This document shows, piece by piece, positions 9,603 through 16,440 of a DNA stretch of 64,000 nucleotides (its first letter is position 1; each line of letters opens with the position of its first letter). Source of the DNA: an uncultured Acidimicrobiales bacterium (GTDB lineage: Bacteria > Actinomycetota > Acidimicrobiia > Acidimicrobiales > SHLQ01). A program made the translations under genes and the position numbers. Location: positions 27,429-91,428 of the forward strand of contig CAZFBD010000006.1 in the NCBI GenBank assembly GCA_964517125.1. The letters run 5' to 3'. Below the pieces are notes generated by a model. The model was not told the DNA's origin and searched no databases. It saw only the letters and a program-made list of their open reading frames with translations.

Positions 9603-10078
9603 GCGAACCGGATCGCAACGACCCGACCGTCTACCTCTCGATAGCGGCCCGAGCAGCTCACGCCAGGGCGAGAGGATTCCCGGCCGAAGTTCCCTACACC
9701 TTCGCTCACGGCGTAGGAGTAGACGACGTAGTAGGCGAAGATCTTCCCCCTGTGGAGCAAATCGACGATGAGGGAAGGCTCATAGCTCTGCCTCCCCCTC
9801 CCGCTTCCCAGTTCCGCTGGGACCGCTTAGGGAAGCTGCTAGCCGTTCTCACGGGACTGGTCATCTGGGGATTCTTGCTCGGCGAGGCCATGATCTGGGT
9901 TGCCGAGACGGACCGGATTACGAAGGTCCCGAGGTCGACCGGTTGGCTTGCGGCCTTCTACACCGCAAGCTTTGGCATCGGCGTCGTCCTTCTCAAATTC
10001 TTCGAGAGCTGCTGGACGCTAGCGAAGCTCGCCGCTCGCCGAGCAGTGCGTTGGCTTACCGAGGCGAAGGTAAGCTAG
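9599..10078 (+). CDS. membrane protein
   Basis: Track ORF, ATGA overlap. Two hydrophobic segments (LLAVLTGLVIWGFLLGEAMIWV, WLAAFYTASFGIGVVLL). Confidence 0.6.
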   Translation: MSEPDRNDPTVYLSIAARAAHARARGFPAEVPYTFAHGVGVDDVVGEDLPPVEQIDDEGRLIALPPPPASQFRWDRLGKLLAVLTGLVIWGFLLGEAMIWVAETDRITKVPRSTGWLAAFYTASFGIGVVLLKFFESCWTLAKLAARRAVRWLTEAKVS

Positions 10079-10091
10079 CCCTCGGAAATTT

Positions 10092-10163
10092 GCACCTATG
10101 GCGAAGTGGAAACGCTGGGGCCTGCAAAGCCTCGATGCGAAGGTTCGATTCCTTCTAGGTGCT
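10092..10163 (+). tRNA. tRNA-Cys: tRNA-Cys (anticodon GCA)
   Basis: Hand-folded cloverleaf. Acceptor GCACCTA/TAGGTGC (7 bp). D arm GCG/CGC with an A.A mismatch and a GG in the loop. Anticodon stem GGGGC/GCCTC, loop CTGCAAA. 5-nt variable loop. T arm GAAGG-TTCGATT-CCTTC. Discriminator T (U73), the known CysRS identity base. No encoded CCA. Confidence 0.9.
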
Positions 10164-10410
10164 CTGGAAAGGTTTGGAGATGAGATTCTTAATAGCTTGG
10201 AGCTACTACCGGGAGCAGATGAAGGACTACCCGAATACGCCGAAGGCGCAAGCCCGTCTCTGGGCATGGCGTCGAGCGGGCTTGTAGGGGCGAAGCTAGA
10301 GTAGGTACCGACTAGCGGCCCGAGTCTCCCCCCCCAATCCTTCGATCGAGGAGATACAAGAACCCATGAGCCTGGCGAAACCTCCATTCAGATGAGGCGG
10401 CAAGAAGAAG

Positions 10411-10458
10411 AAACCGCGACCTCAACGGCCTAGTCGACCGGCCGCCAAACCGCGACCT
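10411..10458. repeat. 12-nt direct repeat AAACCGCGACCT x2 flanked by inverted GAAGAAG/CTTCTTC
   Basis: Copies at 10411-10422 and 10447-10458. GAAGAAG lies just before the first copy and CTTCTTC just after the second. Confidence 0.6.
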
Positions 10459-10494
10459 TCTTCTCGTTTCGCTCCGTGAGAGCGATCTAACTAA

Positions 10495-10524
10495 GGGACC
10501 AGCTTCCTTCGGGAGGTTGGTCCT
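10495..10524. terminator. bidirectional hairpin terminator (13-bp stem, TTCG loop)
   Basis: GGGACCAGCTTCC-TTCG-GGAGGTTGGTCCT followed by TTGCCTTTC. Lies between the plus-strand tRNA block and the convergent minus-strand genes. Confidence 0.6.
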
Positions 10525-10532
10525 TTGCCTTT

Positions 10533-10718
10533 CTAGAACCCGGCCGAGAATCTCGCCCAGTGGATCTGGCCGCCGTAGGTGATGCTCGCTCGATGCGAGG
10601 AGAGATGCCGAGCCAGCGCTCTAGCGTTCTCCGCCCACGTTGAGCACGTCGAGCAAGCGTCGATCGGGCAAGGCGTTTCGAGGAGTCCGCCTTCGGTATC
10701 GGTGAGATGAGTTTCCAT
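10533..10718 (-). CDS. hypothetical protein (61 aa), leaderless
   Basis: Track ORF 10533..10754 trimmed to ATG 10718. This ATG lies 7 nt downstream of the -10 of a conserved minus-strand promoter, and the track start sits inside that promoter's -35. Confidence 0.55.
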   Translation of the reverse strand: METHLTDTEGGLLETPCPIDACSTCSTWAENARALARHLSSHRASITYGGQIHWARFSAGF

Positions 10719-10725
10719 GCCACCA

Positions 10726-10764
10726 ACCATGCCGGTCTGCCGTAGATAAATCAACCCCTATTTA
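10726..10764 (-). promoter_or_regulatory. conserved extended promoter (minus strand)
   Basis: Reverse complement reads gtaaATAGGGG-TTGATT-17 nt-CATGGT-7 nt-ATG. Confidence 0.65.
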
Positions 10765-11517
10765 CTACGAGGGACGGGAAGCCTCTTCGCAGATCCAGCA
10801 ACGGCCCGGCCGACCCCAATGCAAATCAGGTTCCGCTACGTACATCAATCGATGACCGGTAACGATCCAACCGACTACGCCGACCTCATCGCTAACGATC
10901 CTCGCCGTAGCGTCTCCGTCTCCGGCCGACGGGTAGTTTCCAGCGGAGACCGGCCGGTAGAGCCCGTAGTGAGCCGGTTCGGCTCGGATGGATTCAGCCC
11001 TCAGAGATCCGTCGGCGAGGCCAGCGAGAAGAGAAGCGGAGCGCTGCAGATATCGAGAGTAGGCTTCGTACTCCTTCGCCTCCCGGCCGAGATGCTTCGA
11101 TACCTCTTCCCACTTCTGGATAGCTCCTACGTCGAAACGCTCGTCGTTGGTAGTCGCCAAACGAGAGGCGGCGGACTGGAGCCATTCCCGAGCGACGCGA
11201 GAAGCGTTAGGAGTAGCGTCCTCGATAGAGGTAAGGCTTCGCCGGAGAAGCGACCCTCTCACCGTCCAGCGGTCTTCGCCTTCCGGGCTTAGCGTCGCCG
11301 AGAGGATGTAGGGAGTCCCGTTGATCTTGACCCAATCGGGATCGACTCCGAAGCCGTTGCCGAAGTGAATACAAGGAGTCCCGTCAGCGAGCCGAGAGAA
11401 TCGGTAGTGAACATCCCCCGAGCACCGGAGCGCCGTTAGGGGGAGGACGCCCGAAGGCTCCGTAGTATCGAGAGTTTGCATACGGGTAACCATAGTCGGG
11501 CGTTTAGCTAAAGTCAT
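10765..11517 (-). CDS. hypothetical protein
   Basis: Track ORF 10765..11559. First ATG (MTLAKRP..) is at 11517. Start is uncertain because no clear ribosome site is present. Transcribed divergently from gene 11674. Confidence 0.5.
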   Translation of the reverse strand: MTLAKRPTMVTRMQTLDTTEPSGVLPLTALRCSGDVHYRFSRLADGTPCIHFGNGFGVDPDWVKINGTPYILSATLSPEGEDRWTVRGSLLRRSLTSIEDATPNASRVAREWLQSAASRLATTNDERFDVGAIQKWEEVSKHLGREAKEYEAYSRYLQRSASLLAGLADGSLRAESIRAEPAHYGLYRPVSAGNYPSAGDGDATARIVSDEVGVVGWIVTGHRLMYVAEPDLHWGRPGRCWICEEASRPS

Positions 11518-11606
11518 AGTTAGAAGTCGAGAGATCCACGAGCCGGGCAAGCCGATCAACTAAGATCCGGTAGTAGTCGCCGTGACTACTTTGGTCGACT
11601 AGGTTG

Positions 11607-11635
11607 GTAATTACTTACGGTAATTACGTAATTAG
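11607..11635. promoter_or_regulatory. three GTAATTA(C/G) boxes, candidate operators in a divergent control region
   Basis: GTAATTAC at 11607 and 11620 (8-bp palindromes) and GTAATTAG at 11628. The last abuts the AGGGG-TTGACT promoter. Confidence 0.4.
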
Positions 11636-11668
11636 GGGTTGACTAGGTACCCTCGCGTCGCACAACAT
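11631..11668 (+). promoter_or_regulatory. conserved extended promoter
   Basis: attAGGGG-TTGACT(11639-11644)-18 nt-CAACAT-5 nt-ATG 11674. Confidence 0.6.
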
Positions 11669-11673
11669 TGAGT

Positions 11674-11991
11674 ATGGACGAAACCCTATGCAAGCACGAT
11701 CTCCCTACGTTCTGCTGTACGTACTGCATGACTAAGCCCAAAGCCGCCCCGATGTCTCTCGAAGAGAAGTTCGCCGACGGCAAGGGCGATACGCTGGTCG
11801 AGTACGTAAGCGAAACGACCGGGCTAACCATCTTCAAGTGGAAGGCTCCGCTCGAAGCGAAGATTCGCTACGTTCTGGTCGAGCCGAGCATGGCTCCTTT
11901 CCCGGTCGGGATATTCAACCTCTTGCGAGAGGCGAAGGAGCAAGCCGTGGCGATAGCTTTCGGTTCCGAAGCGGGAGAGACGGCCGCTTGA
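11674..11991 (+). CDS. hypothetical protein, leaderless
   Basis: Track ORF 11668..11991 (TTG) trimmed to ATG 11674, directly after the promoter -10. N-terminal Cys cluster CKHDLPTFCCTYC. Confidence 0.6.
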   Translation: MDETLCKHDLPTFCCTYCMTKPKAAPMSLEEKFADGKGDTLVEYVSETTGLTIFKWKAPLEAKIRYVLVEPSMAPFPVGIFNLLREAKEQAVAIAFGSEAGETAA

Positions 11992-12314
11992 GTTTCCGAT
12001 TGGTCGAGCGCGGATTCTGGATAGCCCAATTCGAGGATCTCGTCTCCGGCTCCCACGTTCTCTTCCTTCGCCAGGTCGGCGACGGCTGGATAGCGGAGCA
12101 CTGGGGATGCCACGACCGAGGGGATACGAAGGACCGGATCGATCGAGGAGAGCCGATACTTGAATCCGCTCGCCTCGCCCGGCTCAAGCTAGAGCTACAA
12201 GCCGAGCATCGCTCATCATGGGGCATGTCGGATCGCCCGGCTACCTTCCTAGAGAAACGTCTAGCGAGGACGCTCGGGACGAAGGCGAAACGAGAGATCG
12301 GGACGGTTAGGTAA
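11988..12314 (+). CDS. hypothetical protein
   Basis: Track ORF 11838..12314 trimmed to TTG 11988 (TTGA overlap with upstream stop). Start is uncertain. Confidence 0.45.
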   Translation: MSFRLVERGFWIAQFEDLVSGSHVLFLRQVGDGWIAEHWGCHDRGDTKDRIDRGEPILESARLARLKLELQAEHRSSWGMSDRPATFLEKRLARTLGTKAKREIGTVR

Positions 12315-12350
12315 TTAGGGGTTGACGTAATACCTATCTACCCTTAAGCT
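12313..12350 (+). promoter_or_regulatory. conserved extended promoter
   Basis: aattAGGGG-TTGACG(12322-12327)-17 nt-TAAGCT-6 nt-ATG 12357. Confidence 0.7.
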
Positions 12351-12356
12351 TGAACC

Positions 12357-12719
12357 ATGACCAACCGAGCAACCCCGAAGATCACCTACTCGCCAAACGA
12401 ACTCGTCGGCTTCGATATCCTCGCCGACGGCGTCAAAGTCGGTAACTGCTACAAAGCTCAGCGAGGCCCGAAGTGGTTTGTCCGGACGGGCGGCGGACCG
12501 GTAACCCGAGTCGGCTCACGAAGCCGGGCCGGGAACCTTCTCCTCGAACGTCTTACCGACGCCATCACCGAGGTTGCCCCTTACCACGAGCAGGCTCGAC
12601 TTATCGTCGAGGATCCGGTTCGAAAGCTCATGTTCTCCCGTCTCGCCGAGATGGGTCACGTCAAGGCCGATCTCGTCGGCGGCGAAGTTCTCCACGTTTG
12701 GACGGAGGTCCAGAAATGA
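12357..12719 (+). CDS. hypothetical protein, leaderless
   Basis: Track ORF. ATG 6 nt after the -10. Confidence 0.65.
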   Translation: MTNRATPKITYSPNELVGFDILADGVKVGNCYKAQRGPKWFVRTGGGPVTRVGSRSRAGNLLLERLTDAITEVAPYHEQARLIVEDPVRKLMFSRLAEMGHVKADLVGGEVLHVWTEVQK

Positions 12720-12955
12720 CCCTTGTGAATTGCTACCACACGACCGTTACCGGAGCCGATGAGAACGGCGAGAAGTTCCAGTACGTCATGGGCGGCTGGA
12801 GCGTTAGCAAGAGCGATGCTCTTATCCGTATCGGTGAACACGCCAAGTCCGAGGGTCTCGTCTCTTGGAAGTTCTCCGACACGACCGTTGCCGCTTCCAA
12901 CGAGCCCGCGGAGTTGCTCGGGAATACGATCACCTACTCGGGCGGCCCGGCTTAG
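12716..12955 (+). CDS. hypothetical protein
   Basis: Track ORF 12473..12955 trimmed to ATG 12716 (ATGA overlap). Confidence 0.6.
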   Translation: MTLVNCYHTTVTGADENGEKFQYVMGGWSVSKSDALIRIGEHAKSEGLVSWKFSDTTVAASNEPAELLGNTITYSGGPA

Positions 12956-12997
12956 TCATCACCCCGATAGGTCGGATCTGTAGTAGAATTGGGTATC

Positions 12998-13021
12998 GAG
13001 GTCCTCCCCTTCGGGGACCTC
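12998..13021 (+). terminator. hairpin terminator
   Basis: GAGGTCC(T)CC...GGGGACCTC, about 9 bp with one bulge, 40 nt after the stop at 12955. Confidence 0.45.
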
Positions 13022-13050
13022 CCTAACCTCCCTAACCTCCCTAACCTCCC
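13017..13050. repeat. 9-bp tandem repeat CCCTAACCT x3 (3.8 copies counting partial ends)
   Basis: acct-ccctaacct-ccctaacct-ccctaacct-ccc read directly. Intergenic, between the hairpin and the start of gene 13068. Confidence 0.85.
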
Positions 13051-13067
13051 GACCCGAAGGAATCAAT

Positions 13068-13505
13068 TTGAAGACCTCAACTATTGTCGAGCTTCTCCTT
13101 GCGTTTACCCTGGCGATGTTGGCCCTCCTCTACTTCGTGGGTCGCTCCGAAGAACTAGGCGCAGAGGAAGAGTCCCTTACCGTCTCGACGCTCCCGGCGA
13201 CGACAACTACCGAGCCGAAGGAGTTCCCCTTCGAGGTCTCCGGTGAGTGTGTCTTTAACGAGCTTCTCTCGATGTGGCAATTCGAGGGAGACGTTACGAA
13301 CTCCTCCGACGAAGCCCTAGACATAATCGTCTTGCTCGATATGGGTATCGATGAACCCTCCGACCTTCCGTCCTTGACGGTCGTGCGGGAGGTACCGGCC
13401 GGAGCCACGGTCGACTTTACGCTTAGCGACTTCGCTCGCGACGCCGGAGAGTCCGCCGACGCTGGCGTATGCGAGAACCCGAGAGCGAAGAAGATCGGTA
13501 ACTAG
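13068..13505 (+). CDS. secreted or membrane-anchored protein
   Basis: Track ORF, TTG start with GAAGGA upstream. N-terminal hydrophobic segment IVELLLAFTLAMLALLYFV. Confidence 0.55.
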   Translation: MKTSTIVELLLAFTLAMLALLYFVGRSEELGAEEESLTVSTLPATTTTEPKEFPFEVSGECVFNELLSMWQFEGDVTNSSDEALDIIVLLDMGIDEPSDLPSLTVVREVPAGATVDFTLSDFARDAGESADAGVCENPRAKKIGN

Positions 13506-13537
13506 GGGTTGACTTATCTAAGGGCTGGGATCATGCT
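13503..13537 (+). promoter_or_regulatory. conserved extended promoter
   Basis: ctAGGGG-TTGACT(13509-13514)-17 nt-CATGCT-6 nt-ATG 13544. Confidence 0.65.
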
Positions 13538-13543
13538 TGAGGT

Positions 13544-13723
13544 ATGACTATTGCTCAAGGATGGGCCAAGGCCCGGACCGGTAAGGAACTATCCGAAGCA
13601 GAAGCTATCCAAGTCTGCATCGAAGCCCTGGAGACCGAGATCGAGGCGACCGCTTTCCCGGTCGATGAATCATGGGCTCCAGTAGGAATCGAGAACCTCC
13701 GGGCTCGGCTCAACGATTCATAG
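13544..13723 (+). CDS. hypothetical small protein (59 aa), leaderless
   Basis: Missing from the track (one residue under the cutoff). ATG sits 6 nt after the promoter -10. Translates MTIAQGWAKARTGKELSEAEAIQVCIEALETEIEATAFPVDESWAPVGIENLRARLNDS. Confidence 0.6.
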   Translation: MTIAQGWAKARTGKELSEAEAIQVCIEALETEIEATAFPVDESWAPVGIENLRARLNDS

Positions 13724-13832
13724 AACGGAGCTAGACGTAAACTCCCGTTACGCCTAGTCTCGTAGAAGGAGGAATCGCTACCGGCCGGAGCCTGGCCCCT
13801 TGGCTCGCTCCGGTCCGCTGCTCACCTCCGAA

Positions 13833-13877
13833 GAAGAGGACCGGTTTGGACATGGATCTCCTTGGCCGGTCCTCTTC
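13833..13877 (+). terminator. hairpin terminator (12-bp perfect stem, 21-nt loop)
   Basis: GAAGAGGACCGG ... CCGGTCCTCTTC. Confidence 0.55.
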
Positions 13878-13910
13878 TCGCGTCTCGGGATAAATCTTAG
13901 GGAATTACTA

Positions 13911-13947
13911 AATAGGGGTTGACGTATAGACCAAGCGGGCTTATCGT
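13911..13947 (+). promoter_or_regulatory. conserved extended promoter
   Basis: aatAGGGG-TTGACG(13919-13924)-17 nt-TATCGT-7 nt-ATG 13955. Confidence 0.7.
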
Positions 13948-13954
13948 TGTCTTC

Positions 13955-14161
13955 ATGAACAAAGAGCAGGCAATCAAGGCCAGCAAGATCAAACCAGGAA
14001 TGACCGTCCAGGTAGACCGGTTCGCTTCGAACCCACTAGCCGGAACCTTTCAAGAGATCGCCACCATCGAGCGGAACGGGCCAAGCGTTATGGCTTTCAC
14101 GGTCAAGTCCAACGGCTCAACGATCGTCTTCAACTGTTCCGACGACGTTCCGTTTCGGTAA
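13955..14161 (+). CDS. hypothetical protein, leaderless
   Basis: Track ORF 13919..14161 starts on the TTG of the -35 hexamer. Trimmed to ATG 13955. Confidence 0.65.
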   Translation: MNKEQAIKASKIKPGMTVQVDRFASNPLAGTFQEIATIERNGPSVMAFTVKSNGSTIVFNCSDDVPFR

Positions 14162-14189
14162 CCCGACCCAAGCCCTAGGAGGCTCCGCA

Positions 14190-14444
14190 ATGACCATCTC
14201 GATCGACATCTCCAATACCGTTGGCCAAGGCAGCGCTATCGGCGCTAACGGCTCTCCGGTCTTCGAGGTCGAGGTAGTTCATCCGACCCGAGCCTGCAAG
14301 GACGTCGAGCGGCACGGAGTCTTCCTCGGGTTCGGGAAGGTCGTCTCGGGCGGTCCCGTCAACGGCTACGAAGTTGGCTTCAAATTCGAGTCGATTCAAG
14401 GCGAGCCGTCCGAAGGCATCGAGCCGTGCGACCTTTGCTTCTGA
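14190..14444 (+). CDS. hypothetical protein
   Basis: Track ORF. AGGAGG ribosome site 7 nt upstream. Preferred over antisense ORF 14175..14510. Confidence 0.6.
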   Translation: MTISIDISNTVGQGSAIGANGSPVFEVEVVHPTRACKDVERHGVFLGFGKVVSGGPVNGYEVGFKFESIQGEPSEGIEPCDLCF

Positions 14445-14460
14445 GCTAGACTCGTGGCCG

Positions 14461-14889
14461 ATGCAATCCAGCAAGGCGAAGAAGAAGTCCGAGGATCGCG
14501 CTAGAGACATCGAGTGGATAACGGTCCGGCTAGTCCCGGCTTCTCGCTGGCCCGAGATCGCCGACTACGTACCGGAGGAGCATCGGTCCGATCGGCTAGT
14601 TGTCCCGGCCGAAGCGTGGTACCCGAGCTGCGACTCCCATCCAGGTGATAGGTCGGCTTGCCTCGCCGCCTTCTGGATTCCCTGCGAGCAACCCGGCCGA
14701 TCGATGGATCGCCATACGTGGCGACCTCACGAGGACGGATGCGACGTTTGCGCCGAATTCATAGCGGCTCAACCTCACGAGTTCGGCTCGTGGCCGGAAG
14801 AGGACTGGAACAACCTCCCGTCCTTGGAGTTCGGCTCGTGGTTCGGGCCGGTAGCTCCCAATCCTAAAGAATTGCTAAATAGGGGTTGA
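14461..14889 (+). CDS. hypothetical Cys/Trp-rich protein
   Basis: Track ORF 14374..14889 trimmed to ATG 14461 to avoid overlap with 14190..14444. Its TGA stop is the GA of the next promoter's TTGACG. Confidence 0.5.
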   Translation: MQSSKAKKKSEDRARDIEWITVRLVPASRWPEIADYVPEEHRSDRLVVPAEAWYPSCDSHPGDRSACLAAFWIPCEQPGRSMDRHTWRPHEDGCDVCAEFIAAQPHEFGSWPEEDWNNLPSLEFGSWFGPVAPNPKELLNRG

Positions 14890-14914
14890 CGTAATGCCCA
14901 ACCTTCTATAGGGT
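14876..14914 (+). promoter_or_regulatory. conserved extended promoter
   Basis: taaatAGGGG-TTGACG(14886-14891)-17 nt-TAGGGT-6 nt-ATG 14921. Confidence 0.7.
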
Positions 14915-14920
14915 TGAGGT

Positions 14921-15118
14921 ATGAAGACGTACGGAGAACTCGCTAAGTCGGACACCTTCCTGGTATTCGACATCGCAAGCGGAACCAACATTGCGACCAA
15001 GGTGACGGCCGCTCTCCACGCCGAAGGAATCGTGAACCTCGCGGTTCAGTTCCCAGGCAGGGAAGGGGCAACGTTCCTCGGAAGGTTCCCGGCCGATCGA
15101 GAGATCAAGACCTACTAG
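14921..15118 (+). CDS. hypothetical protein, leaderless
   Basis: Track ORF. ATG 6 nt after the -10. Confidence 0.65.
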   Translation: MKTYGELAKSDTFLVFDIASGTNIATKVTAALHAEGIVNLAVQFPGREGATFLGRFPADREIKTY

Positions 15119-15147
15119 GGGAGATACGAAAGCCAACTGAATAGGAA

Positions 15148-15330
15148 TCGAGCAGCTAGCCGAGAGCTGGTAGCGCGGGCTCCGAACCTTCGTCGAGAAG
15201 GGGACCGTTAGAAGCGGCTGGGATAAGAACCCCAGGGACACGGTAGGACTGGCCTCAATGCGAGGGCGCTAACCCCAAGCGAATCGACTGGACACGAGAG
15301 ACGGATTCGGGCTCTCGGCTAGCTTCTCGA
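15148..15330 (+). ncRNA. candidate structured RNA / complex 3' element closed by a long-range stem
   Basis: AGCTAGCCGAGAGC (15154-15167) pairs perfectly with GCTCTCGGCTAGCT (15311-15324). TCGAG/CTCGA extend the stem past 1-nt bulges. The 143-nt interior holds several small hairpins (CCTTC-GTCGA-GAAGG, CTGGG..CCCAG). No ORF and no family assignment. Confidence 0.3.
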
Positions 15331-15340
15331 ATAAATTCCT

Positions 15341-15378
15341 AAATAGGGGTTGACGTAATGCCGAGGGCTAGGCATACT
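15341..15378 (+). promoter_or_regulatory. conserved extended promoter
   Basis: aaatAGGGG-TTGACG(15350-15355)-17 nt-CATACT-7 nt-ATG 15386. Confidence 0.7.
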
Positions 15379-15385
15379 TGTATAC

Positions 15386-15613
15386 ATGAACGACATCAAA
15401 GAAATTGGAACCATCCTCTGGATCGACCTCTCGACTGTGAATGAAATCTCAGTCGGCCACGACTTCGAAGAAGGCGACTTCTGGGTAGTCGTCGACGGAA
15501 CTTTCATCGACGTAGACGACTCGGTCGCCGCCGAGATCTTCGCCGGTATGGAGCTGCTCGAAGCGTACCGAGCCGAAGAGGGCGACGTCGTAGAGCTTTC
15601 CTACTCCCTCTAA
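15386..15613 (+). CDS. hypothetical acidic protein, leaderless
   Basis: Track ORF. ATG 7 nt after the -10. Confidence 0.65.
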   Translation: MNDIKEIGTILWIDLSTVNEISVGHDFEEGDFWVVVDGTFIDVDDSVAAEIFAGMELLEAYRAEEGDVVELSYSL

Positions 15614-15628
15614 ATCTCCCCCCAACGC

Positions 15629-15668
15629 AAGAAGCCCGTCTAGTCGCTACAGACCGGACGGGCTTCTT
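15629..15668. terminator. hairpin terminator (12-bp perfect stem)
   Basis: AAGAAGCCCGTC ... GACGGGCTTCTT, 15 nt after the stop at 15613. Sits at the boundary with the convergent minus-strand block. Confidence 0.6.
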
Positions 15669-15686
15669 CGCGCTTAGGATTCGGTT

Positions 15687-15851
15687 ATGGGATGCGTCAA
15701 CGGAAGCGACTGCAAGGCCGTCGATCGAGACGGACCCCTTACCCCTGACGGCCTCTGTAGCGTTTGCGTAGCTCGGCTCCCGGTGGACCCTTCGGTGCTC
15801 GCCTCCGCCGAGATTGAGATAGGCCAGCTACTCGACGAGCTAGGGCTTTAG
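15687..15851 (+). CDS. possible small Cys-containing protein (54 aa)
   Basis: Not in the track. ATG 15687 translates MGCVNGSDCKAVDRDGPLTPDGLCSVCVARL... Weak ribosome site, located after a terminator, and overlaps the 3' end of the convergent gene by 4 nt. Confidence 0.3.
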   Translation: MGCVNGSDCKAVDRDGPLTPDGLCSVCVARLPVDPSVLASAEIEIGQLLDELGL

Positions 15852-16285
15852 GTCGAGAGGTTCGCCGCGTGACGATGAAGCGTTTGGAGCCCGTTAAGGA
15901 CGGCCTCTAGAGCGTTGACGGCGTCCCTCTTCGAGCGAAATAGCTGGAGACTGATTTGCCACGAGAGGTAGAGATCCGAAGCTTCCAGGTCGGCGACGGC
16001 CTTGCGGCTCGACTCGGTATGGCGGATCGCCGGAGGATCTCCTTCTCCCGGCTCGACGACGGCGAAGGTCGAGAGGAAGGCCGTAGCGTGGGCTTTCTTG
16101 TAGTCGTTGTCCGCCTCAGCGGTCGCCCTCGCTAGAGGTTCTAGCTCCTTGATCTCCTTACGAAGATCTCGGGCGACGCTAGCGATCCAGCCAGACAAGA
16201 CCGTCGGATTCGAAAGGTGCTGGCTTAGATCTTCGTCGACGTTGAGTTGGTCGAGTACGGCGGCCGTAGCTCCGCTACTGGTCAT
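15848..16285 (-). CDS. hypothetical helical protein
   Basis: Track ORF. AGGAGA ribosome site on the minus strand. Confidence 0.6.
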   Translation of the reverse strand: MTSSGATAAVLDQLNVDEDLSQHLSNPTVLSGWIASVARDLRKEIKELEPLARATAEADNDYKKAHATAFLSTFAVVEPGEGDPPAIRHTESSRKAVADLEASDLYLSWQISLQLFRSKRDAVNALEAVLNGLQTLHRHAANLST

Positions 16286-16440
16286 GGTTTCTCCTATCGG
16301 GAAGGTTCGATTCTTTGAACGGGCAATTGCCTCGCTTGCATCCTCCGAACCCGGCCGGACGGCAAGCCGAGCAGCGGGGATGCGAGCAGCTGATGCAAGT
16401 CCCTTGAGCGCCCGTTACTCGGGCGAGGGATATGGCGGCG

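Noticed and set aside
10098-10304. 68-aa plus-strand ORF.
   Set aside because: Its first 22 codons are the tRNA-Cys gene, and there is no ribosome site.
10533-11673. Lysogeny immunity module (repressor/cro-like divergent pair).
   Set aside because: The divergent layout and operator-like boxes are suggestive. However, no HTH repressor signature, integrase, excisionase or attP could be recognised, so only the regulatory region is reported.
13017-13050. Possible CRISPR-like array.
   Set aside because: The units are 9 bp and directly adjacent with no spacers, and no cas genes are present. It is a simple tandem repeat.
12989-13246. 85-aa ORF encoding LPNLPNLPNLP.
   Set aside because: The repeat peptide is just the 9-bp intergenic tandem repeat read in frame. 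The rest is R-rich and overlaps the better-supported signal-anchored gene 13068..13505.
14175-14510. 111-aa minus-strand ORF.
   Set aside because: The overlapping plus-strand ORF 14190..14444 has an AGGAGG site and sits in a plus-strand operon. The minus ORF has no signals.
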